64,000 nt of DNA, taken from NCBI GenBank assembly GCA_964507625.1, contig CAZDPR010000001.1, positions 5,012 to 69,011 on the forward strand, written 5' to 3'. Source of the stretch: an uncultured Candidatus Saccharibacteria bacterium (lineage in GTDB: Bacteria; Patescibacteriota; Minisyncoccia; Phycocordibacterales; UBA1006). Both the position numbers and the translations under genes were made by a program. This document shows positions 29,124-38,043 of the stretch, piece after piece (the first letter of the stretch is position 1; each line of letters begins with the position of its first letter). A model generated the notes under the pieces. That model was not told where the DNA came from. It worked only from the letters and a program-made list of their open reading frames with translations, and ran no database searches.

Positions 29124-31856
29124 TTATTTTTTCATACGACCTCGAGCATCATTAGCGGCTCTATTTGCTGCTTGATTGTTCTTAATATTAGACCCACCAA
29201 TATTTCCGTTAGTAATAACTCCTAAAAGCCCAGAAAGACCTTGAGTATACATACCGCGATCTTTTTTTAACTCATACGAACCGGCAATATTTTCAAGAGT
29301 GGTATTTAAAACTTGTTGCCCCCGAAACTGAGTATCAAGTAATTGTGTTTGTAAACCTGTTCCAATATCGATAAATGTTTGAAGTCTCCCCATTTCTTGT
29401 TCTTGATATTTTTTAGTTGTATCTTTAATCGAGTCTTCGTAAATTTTAATTCTATTATCAAAATTCTCTTTAAGTTTTGAATCAGCTTTTTTAAGAATTG
29501 CAGCAGTTTCATTTATCTTAATATTTCTTTTTGTAATTAGATCTTTAATTCTATTCATTTCTTCTTGATTATTAAGTGTTTCCGCATCTTTAAATTCTTT
29601 CGCTAATTTTTCTCCTTCTGTTTTTTCTTTTAAATAATCTTCACGAGCTTTATCGTAATCTTTCTGTTCTTGACTATTTGTTTTTTGAATTTTTAGTTTT
29701 TCAATTTCATTTTTTAACCCGTTAATTGATTGGTTTTCCATTTCGTTAACATATTCTCCTAATTTATTATTTTCGTTCAAGTATGTTCCTTTTTCTTTTT
29801 CCAATATTAATTTTTCATTTTCCAATTGTTTTTTATAGTTTTTAGTTTCAATAATTTTTTTCTGTAATTCAATGCCTTTGTTTAATAATTTATCCCCTTC
29901 TCCTTCCGTATAATTACCTGCAGTTAGTTGTTTATCTATTGCATCATACTCTGCTTCCAATTTACTCAAATCTTCAAGACCATCAATTTTTGTGTTAACA
30001 TCATCAATTTTTGTGTTAACATCATCAATTTTTTTATTGTTTTCATTAATTTTACTATTTACTTTATCACTTTGAACTGTTTGATTTCCTGTTTCGATTT
30101 CAATTTTTTGTTTCTCTGCTTCTAATTTTTCTTGGTTTTCAGCTAATTCTTTTCTAATAATATCTTCTCGTTCTTTGTTTTTAGCTTCTCGTTTACCTGC
30201 AACATAATCAGTATTTTCTTTCGATCGTTTTTCTGCATTTTTTGAAACATCGCCTAAATAATTATCAATACTTTTCTTACCATACTTACCTTCTGTTAAA
30301 TAGTTACTTTTACTACCAGTTCCAATATTAATATCACCAGCACCAATTTTATTGGTTGCTTGACCAAATCTTTTCATAAATTGGGCATTATTACGAACAT
30401 CAAATGTTAGCGCGCTTGTTTTATCTCCTGCCTGCATAAAGTTTCGTGCAGCCCAACCAGAAATACCGCCTTTTTCTGCTGTTTTTAATAATCCCTCACT
30501 ATTCCCAATAGCAGCACCTGCGCGTCCAAGTGTTTGTCTCCCTAAAAAGGCTGCTCCCCCCAATGTTGCACCTGCGGCAACACCTGTCGCCATTGTTCCA
30601 ATAGTACCACTCACCTTTGCGGCCATTTCACCGATCACTCCAGCCATTTGTGTTGCAAATTTTTTCCCTTGCATGAGAATAAAAAGAGAAATAAGTAATG
30701 GGATTAATGTTTTTAAAACAATTCCTACAACATTAATAAGCCAAAACCCATCTCCTTCTAGTTGACTCGCAACACTATTCCCAATATCAAGTTTTAAAAG
30801 AGTAGCCGCCAGATAAACAAAAAATAAATATAATGGAGTTAAAAAAGCAAGATTAGTAAAATTTTTCATCCAATTTTCAAAACCAATATAGGGATTTTTT
30901 TCTAAAAAAGGAATTGCAAATGAAACAAAAGCAATTGGAGATAAAATAATTCCAAGCCACAAACCAATAATTCGTCCAAGAAAAATTAATCCCATTTGTA
31001 CAAACATGGCAATTAATATAAGGAGTATAAAAAATATCATAAACCCAACAATAAGATATGAAGTATAAGAACCTTCTTGGTCAGTTTTTATGTTGGCCTG
31101 CTTAAAAAGTGTTTGAGGTTGAACATTTTTTATTAACTGCATGGATATTGGTTTTACTTGATTATCTCGCATTACTCTTTCAATGGTTCCAACCTTATCA
31201 ATATTAGCTTGACCGACTACAATCTGGTTTGCGATTACATGAGAAAAAACATCTGCAGTTTGAATAATTATTCTACAAAAAAACATACTGAAATTAACAA
31301 GGAGTGCCATAATAACAACGCGCACAACTGTTTTTTTTGGACTAAACCCATTCAAAACTCCATCACCTCCTTCTTTTCCTGCGATAAGCATAAAGGCAGA
31401 AGTAAAGAGGGCAAAAATAAATCCAATATTTGCCAAGTCACGAGTAATTTTCCATGCAGATTGAATACCGCTCTCAATAGAGCTCCCAGGAACACCATAC
31501 ACTATTGGGTTGATTGACATTGTTAAAAAAACATCAGCTAAAATACCGGTAAGCATTGCAATAGCATTAGGAACAAAGGTTACCAGGTCTATAATCACAA
31601 GCACTAATGAACACCCAAAATCTTTCCAGCCACAGTCGACAAAATCGTTTGCCTGAGACTCTGTTCCAGAAGTTTGAGCCAAAACAAAACTTTTTTCGAC
31701 AGACACGTTAAATAAGTTTCCACCCACATTATCAAAATCTATAGATTGACCAATGGGATTTTTAACACCCTTCTGGGTAACAGAAAAAGTCATAGGAGTA
31801 AAAATTCCCATGAAACTAAAAAAAAGTATTAACGATGCAATAAATGAACGCATCAT
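29124..31856 (-). CDS. VirB6/TrbL-like polytopic membrane protein with a long C-terminal coiled-coil extension
   Basis: 910 aa; at least 6 hydrophobic helices in the first 450 aa, G/A-rich segment, then a K/E/N-rich coiled coil containing a KIDDVNT tandem repeat. Confidence 0.5.
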   Translation of the reverse strand: MMRSFIASLILFFSFMGIFTPMTFSVTQKGVKNPIGQSIDFDNVGGNLFNVSVEKSFVLAQTSGTESQANDFVDCGWKDFGCSLVLVIIDLVTFVPNAIAMLTGILADVFLTMSINPIVYGVPGSSIESGIQSAWKITRDLANIGFIFALFTSAFMLIAGKEGGDGVLNGFSPKKTVVRVVIMALLVNFSMFFCRIIIQTADVFSHVIANQIVVGQANIDKVGTIERVMRDNQVKPISMQLIKNVQPQTLFKQANIKTDQEGSYTSYLIVGFMIFFILLILIAMFVQMGLIFLGRIIGLWLGIILSPIAFVSFAIPFLEKNPYIGFENWMKNFTNLAFLTPLYLFFVYLAATLLKLDIGNSVASQLEGDGFWLINVVGIVLKTLIPLLISLFILMQGKKFATQMAGVIGEMAAKVSGTIGTMATGVAAGATLGGAAFLGRQTLGRAGAAIGNSEGLLKTAEKGGISGWAARNFMQAGDKTSALTFDVRNNAQFMKRFGQATNKIGAGDINIGTGSKSNYLTEGKYGKKSIDNYLGDVSKNAEKRSKENTDYVAGKREAKNKEREDIIRKELAENQEKLEAEKQKIEIETGNQTVQSDKVNSKINENNKKIDDVNTKIDDVNTKIDGLEDLSKLEAEYDAIDKQLTAGNYTEGEGDKLLNKGIELQKKIIETKNYKKQLENEKLILEKEKGTYLNENNKLGEYVNEMENQSINGLKNEIEKLKIQKTNSQEQKDYDKAREDYLKEKTEGEKLAKEFKDAETLNNQEEMNRIKDLITKRNIKINETAAILKKADSKLKENFDNRIKIYEDSIKDTTKKYQEQEMGRLQTFIDIGTGLQTQLLDTQFRGQQVLNTTLENIAGSYELKKDRGMYTQGLSGLLGVITNGNIGGSNIKNNQAANRAANDARGRMKK

Positions 31857-31903
31857 AACTGTTGTTAGTATAACATAGGTAGTTATTTAATTACAATAAA
31901 AAT

Positions 31904-31930
31904 AAAAAGCCATAACGGCTTTTTATTGTG
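31904..31930 (-). terminator. internal terminator/attenuator within the T4SS-like operon
   Basis: AAAAAGCC-ataa-CGGCTTTTTATT. Confidence 0.55.
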
Positions 31931-34793
31931 AAAATGAATCTTTAAAAATATAACTCACAATTTCACTTTCTTTTGTGGTATACCACTGAGATCCATTAAT
32001 AAGTTTACATCGTAATTCTCCATTTTTCTTTGTACCCCTATCATCATTAACTTCTAATAACCATACAGAAAATGGACAAAGATAATGACGATTTAAACTT
32101 CTTTCTCCTGGGTCTTGATTAAAAATTTCCCAAATATTTCGCGCAGGTTGTACCTGGTATTTATCGCTCGAATCACGACTTTCCCGAATACCTGTATCCT
32201 GATAACAAGGTCCAGTGGTTGGGTTTGCGCATTGACCACCCTCTATCATATCTTCTGGAAAACGGGTTGGGTCAGTAGTAAGAATCGATGAACTACCATC
32301 CTGAATACCCAAACGAACTACATCAGTTCTAAACTCATTTTGTCGTCGTATTAGTATTTGTCGTAATTGTTCATGAGCATTTTTATTTGTTGGAGCACTT
32401 GGGTTTCCAATAAGCCCAACATTTTGTTCAGTAATAGTTCTAAGTAATCTACAATCATGGAGATTGTCTTGAATGTCTAAGGTTATGGATCGTAATTCAT
32501 TAATATCTAATTCTGACTGGTCAACATCTCTTTTTATTGAAACTCTTTCAGCAACTGCATTATATTCTGTTCTGATTTGATTTTTTTTCTCTAAAAATAA
32601 TTCAGATCGGGATATTGGTGCGGTTCCCAATATCTGCTCTCGTCGTTGTTGCAACTCTACAACAGAAGGTTGTCCAAAATTCCAATAATCAGATGCAGTA
32701 ATACTGGTCCCTTGAATAGTATCTATTTGAACTAATTTAAAATATGCTTCTGGTTTTTCCCAAATATTCCAAAAATGATTCATTACATAGTCAAACTCAC
32801 CTTGTTCACTAGTTGGAACATCTGTAGCAGTTGAATTTTTTACCCAATTCAGCATTTCTGTTTTATCCGCCCTTGAAAGCGCTTTCCATTCCGAAGGGGA
32901 AAAAACAATTTTTGTTCGTATTGATTCAGGAATAATTCCACTAGGAATCAATGCAAAGCTTTGACGAATATCATTTTTAAGCTTTCTTAAAACATTTAAT
33001 GCAGTTTGTTTTTTAATTAGATCGGATCGTTTTTTTCCGTATACTTTTTGCACATCAATTAATTTATTGGTTTGAGATTGAAAAGTAAATGCTCCTGGAA
33101 TATTTCGCTCTGGGTCTGACATCCATACTTCTACTTCTGCCTTAGCGAGAGGTACTGCGGTTTCAATAATATCTTTTGCTTGCTCTCTATTTTCTTGTTT
33201 ATTATCAGTTCCTCCCCCTGATGCAAGTTTTGCTTCTAAATTTCTTGTTTGTACTTGAACATATTTATCAATTTTATCTACAAAATCAAAGTCAGGACCA
33301 GGAACACATGCGCTGAGTTGCGAAACGAGCTTTGGAAATGATTTGTTTTCATTTACTCCATTTTCTTCTACAGACACCAGTGGTTTACCTCCGATAATAG
33401 ATATGTATTCTTGAATTAGTCGTAATTCTTGCTCTGTATATTCAAGCGCAAGACTAAAATCAGATCGTAAATCCACAACGTTTATAGGGGCTTGTGTCCA
33501 ATTTATAATTCCACCTGAAACTGATTGGAGTTGTTCTGGTCCTCCAATGGCGGGGGGTGATTGTCGATAATCAGCACGAAGTGATGCAAGTCCCGACTGA
33601 AGAAAGCTGTTTGCCATACTTACAAAAATACCCGCAACCACCTCTCCAATTTCATCAACGTTTTTAATTTTATCCATCGCGAGATCAGTAGCTCCTTGCA
33701 GACCACTCGATACTAACCCTAAAGGATTTTGGATTGTTTCTACTAAACATCGTCCAAAATCTTCAACTAAAACTTGTGTATTTGTTGCGAGCGTGTTTCT
33801 TAATCCCTGTACCTGACCCTGAATTTCTTTTATTTCCTCTAGTTCTTTATTATACCGGGCAATATCATTTCCCCAGTTTTTATATTCATCTTGTAACATT
33901 GACATTTCTATTTGTAGTTGTTGTGCTCTCGTTTCATTTCCCGCATTTTTTGCTTCTTGTATTTTAGGTGGAAATGCAGTAATTTTGGGAGATAAAAGCA
34001 TTTGTTCCTGTATTGCTTCTTGTATAAGTGTATTTAATCGATTGATTTCTTGTTGCGCCATTTTTAATGCGGTAGTATCTTCACCTGTTTCAATCTGTTG
34101 TTGATTTACACCCTGAAACTCATCTCTATTTTTCTTTATTGTTTTAATTTGTTGTGCATAGTCAGAAAAATTAAGTGAACACGCCTGTTGCTGAGGGAGT
34201 ATTCCTGGGCTCGTTAATTTAATCATTTCGTTTTCCCGAGCACGCTCAATAGTTACCCCTAATTGTCGTTGTGCGATCAAGCTTGAACCAATTCCAGTAT
34301 TTCCAGGAATAGACATGGCGAGCAATCCATCGTAACCACCAACACTTGCGTCTTCGTAAAATTCCTGCCAGCGACTACCAACAACTCTATCAAGATTAAA
34401 ACCACCAATAGTGTCAGGTATACCAGGTCCTCCAGCTGTTGAATAAGCAAAAATCATACTACGTGCAATATTTTGAGCGAAAGGGTTTTGTGAAACCTCT
34501 AAGTCAGTAACAAATTTTTGAATTTTTGTTCGTTCGAGATCTGCAAAATAACTATTAAAATCATTTACAAAACTTGGCTGACTATCGTCACCACTGGCCC
34601 CACCATTTGCCTTATTAAAAATTTTATTAGCAAGTTTCGTTCCCGCAGTAGACGCAAGTACATATGCAAGCGTGTCGAGTCCATATTCTTTTATTTGGTT
34701 TGCAACATCAACAAATTGAGCTTGGGATATTTGAGGAACCATGATTACAAAAAGTAATAAAAGGGTAATATTTTTTTTTGTTTTCTTAAACAT
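31923..34793 (-). CDS. large secreted hypothetical protein (956 aa, signal peptide)
   Basis: MFKKTKKNITLLLLFVIMVPQISQAQ signal; no recognisable catalytic motif; candidate surface, pilus or adhesin component. Confidence 0.5.
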   Translation of the reverse strand: MFKKTKKNITLLLLFVIMVPQISQAQFVDVANQIKEYGLDTLAYVLASTAGTKLANKIFNKANGGASGDDSQPSFVNDFNSYFADLERTKIQKFVTDLEVSQNPFAQNIARSMIFAYSTAGGPGIPDTIGGFNLDRVVGSRWQEFYEDASVGGYDGLLAMSIPGNTGIGSSLIAQRQLGVTIERARENEMIKLTSPGILPQQQACSLNFSDYAQQIKTIKKNRDEFQGVNQQQIETGEDTTALKMAQQEINRLNTLIQEAIQEQMLLSPKITAFPPKIQEAKNAGNETRAQQLQIEMSMLQDEYKNWGNDIARYNKELEEIKEIQGQVQGLRNTLATNTQVLVEDFGRCLVETIQNPLGLVSSGLQGATDLAMDKIKNVDEIGEVVAGIFVSMANSFLQSGLASLRADYRQSPPAIGGPEQLQSVSGGIINWTQAPINVVDLRSDFSLALEYTEQELRLIQEYISIIGGKPLVSVEENGVNENKSFPKLVSQLSACVPGPDFDFVDKIDKYVQVQTRNLEAKLASGGGTDNKQENREQAKDIIETAVPLAKAEVEVWMSDPERNIPGAFTFQSQTNKLIDVQKVYGKKRSDLIKKQTALNVLRKLKNDIRQSFALIPSGIIPESIRTKIVFSPSEWKALSRADKTEMLNWVKNSTATDVPTSEQGEFDYVMNHFWNIWEKPEAYFKLVQIDTIQGTSITASDYWNFGQPSVVELQQRREQILGTAPISRSELFLEKKNQIRTEYNAVAERVSIKRDVDQSELDINELRSITLDIQDNLHDCRLLRTITEQNVGLIGNPSAPTNKNAHEQLRQILIRRQNEFRTDVVRLGIQDGSSSILTTDPTRFPEDMIEGGQCANPTTGPCYQDTGIRESRDSSDKYQVQPARNIWEIFNQDPGERSLNRHYLCPFSVWLLEVNDDRGTKKNGELRCKLINGSQWYTTKESEIVSYIFKDSFSQ

Positions 34794-34798
34794 ATTGT

Positions 34799-35752
34799 TT
34801 ATAAGTTAAATAAAATAGTAAATTCAGAAATTTTTTTTTCAACAACATTTATATTTTTTTGAAGCACTAGAAATAAAATCATATTCATCATATCTTGGTC
34901 TTCTGCCGGAAGGTTATTTTTTTGTAAAAAAGTGTCATGAATTTTTGCTAGCGCATTCATAAGTGCTAAGTGTTGATCGATATAATCAAAAGGTACCGGG
35001 ATAGTATATATTTCTCGAGTAAGATTTTGGAATAATATTCTATCTGCTGAAGTGTCAGTATTATTGAAAAAGTTTGGATACCGATTATAAATATCTTGAA
35101 TATTTATTCTTTCGATTATTTTTTTTATTTTTTCCTCATAATCAGATAGTTCTTTGTTTATATTTACCCCTTCTTCATCAAAAATAACTACAACATCTTG
35201 TTCTGCATAAGTTGTCATTTGTCTATCAATAGTGTCTGCAAGATCGAGAATTTCTTTTGCAGTTGCTGCTTGAAGATTTTCTTGGTAATTCCTTCCTATA
35301 GGATTTGTTCGTGCTCTCTCATAAATTGCAAGCGCTAATTGATCACTCGTAGTTAAAATACCTATAGTGTCATTAATAATTGACCGCATTTCAATAGGAA
35401 CTTCTTCGATTGTGGTAAATACCTCAGAATCAGTTCCAATTAATGCTTCTTGCCAATCAGGAATTCCATCCCCATCTGTATCTTTATTAATAACAAAGGA
35501 AACATTTCTCTTGTTGGTATCTATAACTGGTGCAGGAATATCATTCGGTGGAAAAACCTTGGTTTCTATTTTTTTAAATAGTCCAATGATTTGAGACCGC
35601 AACATAATAATGATTACTACGACGAGTATTCCAAATACAGTGAATACTAATTTTTTACTCGGTAAATAACTACTCAATGATCCTGAATATTGTTTTGGTG
35701 GTTCCATGTAATTCTGATCATTTTTTTGTTCATAAAAAAATTTATTTCGCAT
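34799..35752 (-). CDS. membrane-anchored hypothetical protein with a DxDxDG calcium-binding-like motif
   Basis: TM LVFTVFGILVVVIIIML; DTDGDGIPDWQEA (thrombospondin-type-3-like); start set to MRNKFF. Confidence 0.4.
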   Translation of the reverse strand: MRNKFFYEQKNDQNYMEPPKQYSGSLSSYLPSKKLVFTVFGILVVVIIIMLRSQIIGLFKKIETKVFPPNDIPAPVIDTNKRNVSFVINKDTDGDGIPDWQEALIGTDSEVFTTIEEVPIEMRSIINDTIGILTTSDQLALAIYERARTNPIGRNYQENLQAATAKEILDLADTIDRQMTTYAEQDVVVIFDEEGVNINKELSDYEEKIKKIIERINIQDIYNRYPNFFNNTDTSADRILFQNLTREIYTIPVPFDYIDQHLALMNALAKIHDTFLQKNNLPAEDQDMMNMILFLVLQKNINVVEKKISEFTILFNL

Positions 35753-35818
35753 ATCATATAATAGTGTACCAAAAAAGAAAAAAAATAGATATAAAAAACA
35801 CACCACACGGTATGTTTT

Positions 35819-36622
35819 TTATATTAATTGTTCTGCAATAAAAAGCCATGTATCGAGACATATGTCTTCTGCACGAACCGTAGGAGAAAGTTTTGCTTCC
35901 TGGAATAATTTTTCTAATATTTCTTGTGGAATAGAGAGTTCTTGATGTATGTTTTTTAATGCAAGTTTTCTTTTATGTGCAAATCCAGCATGGATTAGTT
36001 GAAAGAACATGTTTTCGTGTTTATGAGAAGTGAAATTTTTTCGAGAAATATCATAAACCGCAATAACACTGGAATCAACTTTTGGGGGAGGGTTAAAGTT
36101 TCCTTTTCCAACATGGGTAATTAATTTTGGTGTTCCATAAGCCTGAACACTCAATGATAATAATGAGTGTTTTTGATCACGAGCTAGAATTCGGGTTGCA
36201 ACTTCTTTCTGAATTAATATAACCATCTGTTTTGGTTGATTATTAAGTGTTAAAAAGTGCCGTAAAATGAGACCGGTAATATTATAAGGAATATTGGCAG
36301 CAATTTGATACTCTTCTCTACCAATAACGGTCTCCAAAGGAAATTGAATAACGTCATCATGAACAAGTTGTAAGTTTCCCTGCTGAATGTCGATAATAAA
36401 TTTTTCTCCAAGAATGGTGAAAAGTTCTCTGTCTTTTTCAATAGCTAATACTCTTTTTCCTGTTCGGATCAGTTTTTCCGTAATTGCCCCCAATCCAGGA
36501 CCAATTTCAACAATCCAGGGAGCAGGACACGATCGGGTCTGCTCTACAATAGTTTTAATAACTCTTTGGGAGTTGAGAAAGTTTTGACCAAGAGATTTTT
36601 TTGGGATTACCGGAAGTGGCAT
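35819..36622 (-). CDS. ksgA: 16S rRNA (adenine1518/1519-N6)-dimethyltransferase RsmA/KsgA
   Basis: SLGQNFL motif, EIGPGLGAIT SAM site; start at MPLPVIP. Confidence 0.8.
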   Translation of the reverse strand: MPLPVIPKKSLGQNFLNSQRVIKTIVEQTRSCPAPWIVEIGPGLGAITEKLIRTGKRVLAIEKDRELFTILGEKFIIDIQQGNLQLVHDDVIQFPLETVIGREEYQIAANIPYNITGLILRHFLTLNNQPKQMVILIQKEVATRILARDQKHSLLSLSVQAYGTPKLITHVGKGNFNPPPKVDSSVIAVYDISRKNFTSHKHENMFFQLIHAGFAHKRKLALKNIHQELSIPQEILEKLFQEAKLSPTVRAEDICLDTWLFIAEQLI

Positions 36623-36640
36623 ATGTTCGCACAGTACCAC

Positions 36641-36938
36641 AAAAAAGACATCTTGTCCTTATTTTGACAATTTTTGTATAATGTTTCTTAACTATGAATG
36701 TTCCTTGTCAGAGGGTGATACTATGCTACCCTAGTAAGGTACATAAAAGTTTACCTTTTATATTCTGTTACTGAAGTATGATAGACATGGATGCACGAAT
36801 GGATACCTGTAAAAAGGGGTAAAAACTCATTCTTTTTCGAAATAATGGTCTTGTTTTTATCTCTAAAGCTTTTGGCTTATAAATAATCATTTTTTTGGGA
36901 AAAAAACCCTAAATATAATAACATACATCACATTAACA
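36641..36938 (+). promoter_or_regulatory. long 5' leader/intergenic region upstream of the LysM-M23 peptidase gene, with hairpins
   Basis: TTGACA at 36664 and TGTATAAT at 36675; hairpins AGGGT...ACCCT and GGTA...TACC; about 250 nt untranslated. Confidence 0.3.
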
Positions 36939-38006
36939 TTGGTTGCTGTATGGCTTACTAGCCCTACAGTTGTTTTTGCAACTCTCTTTAAATCATTTGC
37001 CTCAGCAAGTGCTACAAAATCAGAAAGTTTACAAACACTTCCAATTTTACAAGCAAAATTATCACCTATGGTACTCACTTCCGTTGGGGGTCCATCAGCA
37101 GACATTACGAGTGATGCACTTTCAGGAAATTTTTCATTGTATACTCTGGATAATGTATTTGTTCCTGAAAAAGAAACAATTACTACCTATGTGGTACAGC
37201 CTGGTGATACCATTTCTCAAATTGCAGAAAAATTTGGAGTAAGCACTAATACGATTCGTTGGGCAAATGATATTCCAGCAAAAGGAACTATTCGTGTCGG
37301 ACAAAATTTAGTAATTTTACCAATTACCGGAGTAAAACACGCAGTTGTAAAGGGGGATACATTGGCAAGTATTGCTAAAAAATATAAAGCTGATATTAAT
37401 GAAATTTCTTCGTACAATGATATACCACTAAACGAACCACTGGTTACAGGGTCAGAACTTTTAATTCCTGATGGAGAAATTGTATATTCACAAACACAAA
37501 TTGCTCAAAATACACAAAAAACTAAACCAGTAACAAGTACAGGTAGTCAATCTGTTGTAGTGAGTAGTAATGCTGGAAAAAGTAGTGATGCGCAATATAC
37601 CTCAGCAATGCTCCAGGCTCAACAAGTTGGAAGAAATAATACAAAATCAGCTCCTGCAGGATACTTTATTAAACCAGTAAAAGGAATTAAAACACAAGGA
37701 TTCCATGGCCCATATAATGCAGTTGATATCGGGGCGCCAGTAGGAACACCAATTGTGGCAGCTGCTGCTGGAACAGTGATTCTCGCAAAAGCATCTGGAT
37801 GGAACGGTGGGTATGGAGGTCTTACTATCATCCAACATGACAACGGTTCTCAGAGTTTGTATTCTCATCAAAGCAAAGTAATTGTTTCGGTAGGTCAAAA
37901 AGTTTCCCAAGGACAAAAAATTGGAGAAGTTGGAAATACTGGACGATCTTCAGGTCCTCATCTCCACTTAGAGTTCCGCGGAGTGAAAACGCCAATATTA
38001 TATTAA
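36939..38006 (+). CDS. LysM-domain M23 family metallopeptidase
   Basis: two LysM repeats (YVVQPGDTISQIAEKFGVS..., AVVKGDTLASIAKKYKADI...) and a C-terminal M23 core (HxxxD...GNTGRSSGPHLHLE). Confidence 0.8.
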   Translation: MVAVWLTSPTVVFATLFKSFASASATKSESLQTLPILQAKLSPMVLTSVGGPSADITSDALSGNFSLYTLDNVFVPEKETITTYVVQPGDTISQIAEKFGVSTNTIRWANDIPAKGTIRVGQNLVILPITGVKHAVVKGDTLASIAKKYKADINEISSYNDIPLNEPLVTGSELLIPDGEIVYSQTQIAQNTQKTKPVTSTGSQSVVVSSNAGKSSDAQYTSAMLQAQQVGRNNTKSAPAGYFIKPVKGIKTQGFHGPYNAVDIGAPVGTPIVAAAAGTVILAKASGWNGGYGGLTIIQHDNGSQSLYSHQSKVIVSVGQKVSQGQKIGEVGNTGRSSGPHLHLEFRGVKTPILY

Positions 38007-38009
38007 TTA

Positions 38010-38037
38010 TAAAAACAGTCTTTTCAGACTGTTTTTA
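38010..38037. terminator. bidirectional terminator
   Basis: AAAAACAGTCT-tttc-AGACTGTTTTTAT. Confidence 0.65.
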
Positions 38038-38043
38038 TAATTA

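Noticed and set aside
29970-30040. Short direct repeats considered as a possible CRISPR array
   Set aside because: There are only about 2.6 contiguous 21-nt units with no spacers, inside a long ORF and in frame. No cas genes are anywhere in the window.
36664-36682. TTGACA followed by TATAAT as a canonical promoter
   Set aside because: The spacer is only 7 nt, so the two hexamers cannot work together as a sigma70 promoter. At most TGTATAAT may act as an extended -10 element.
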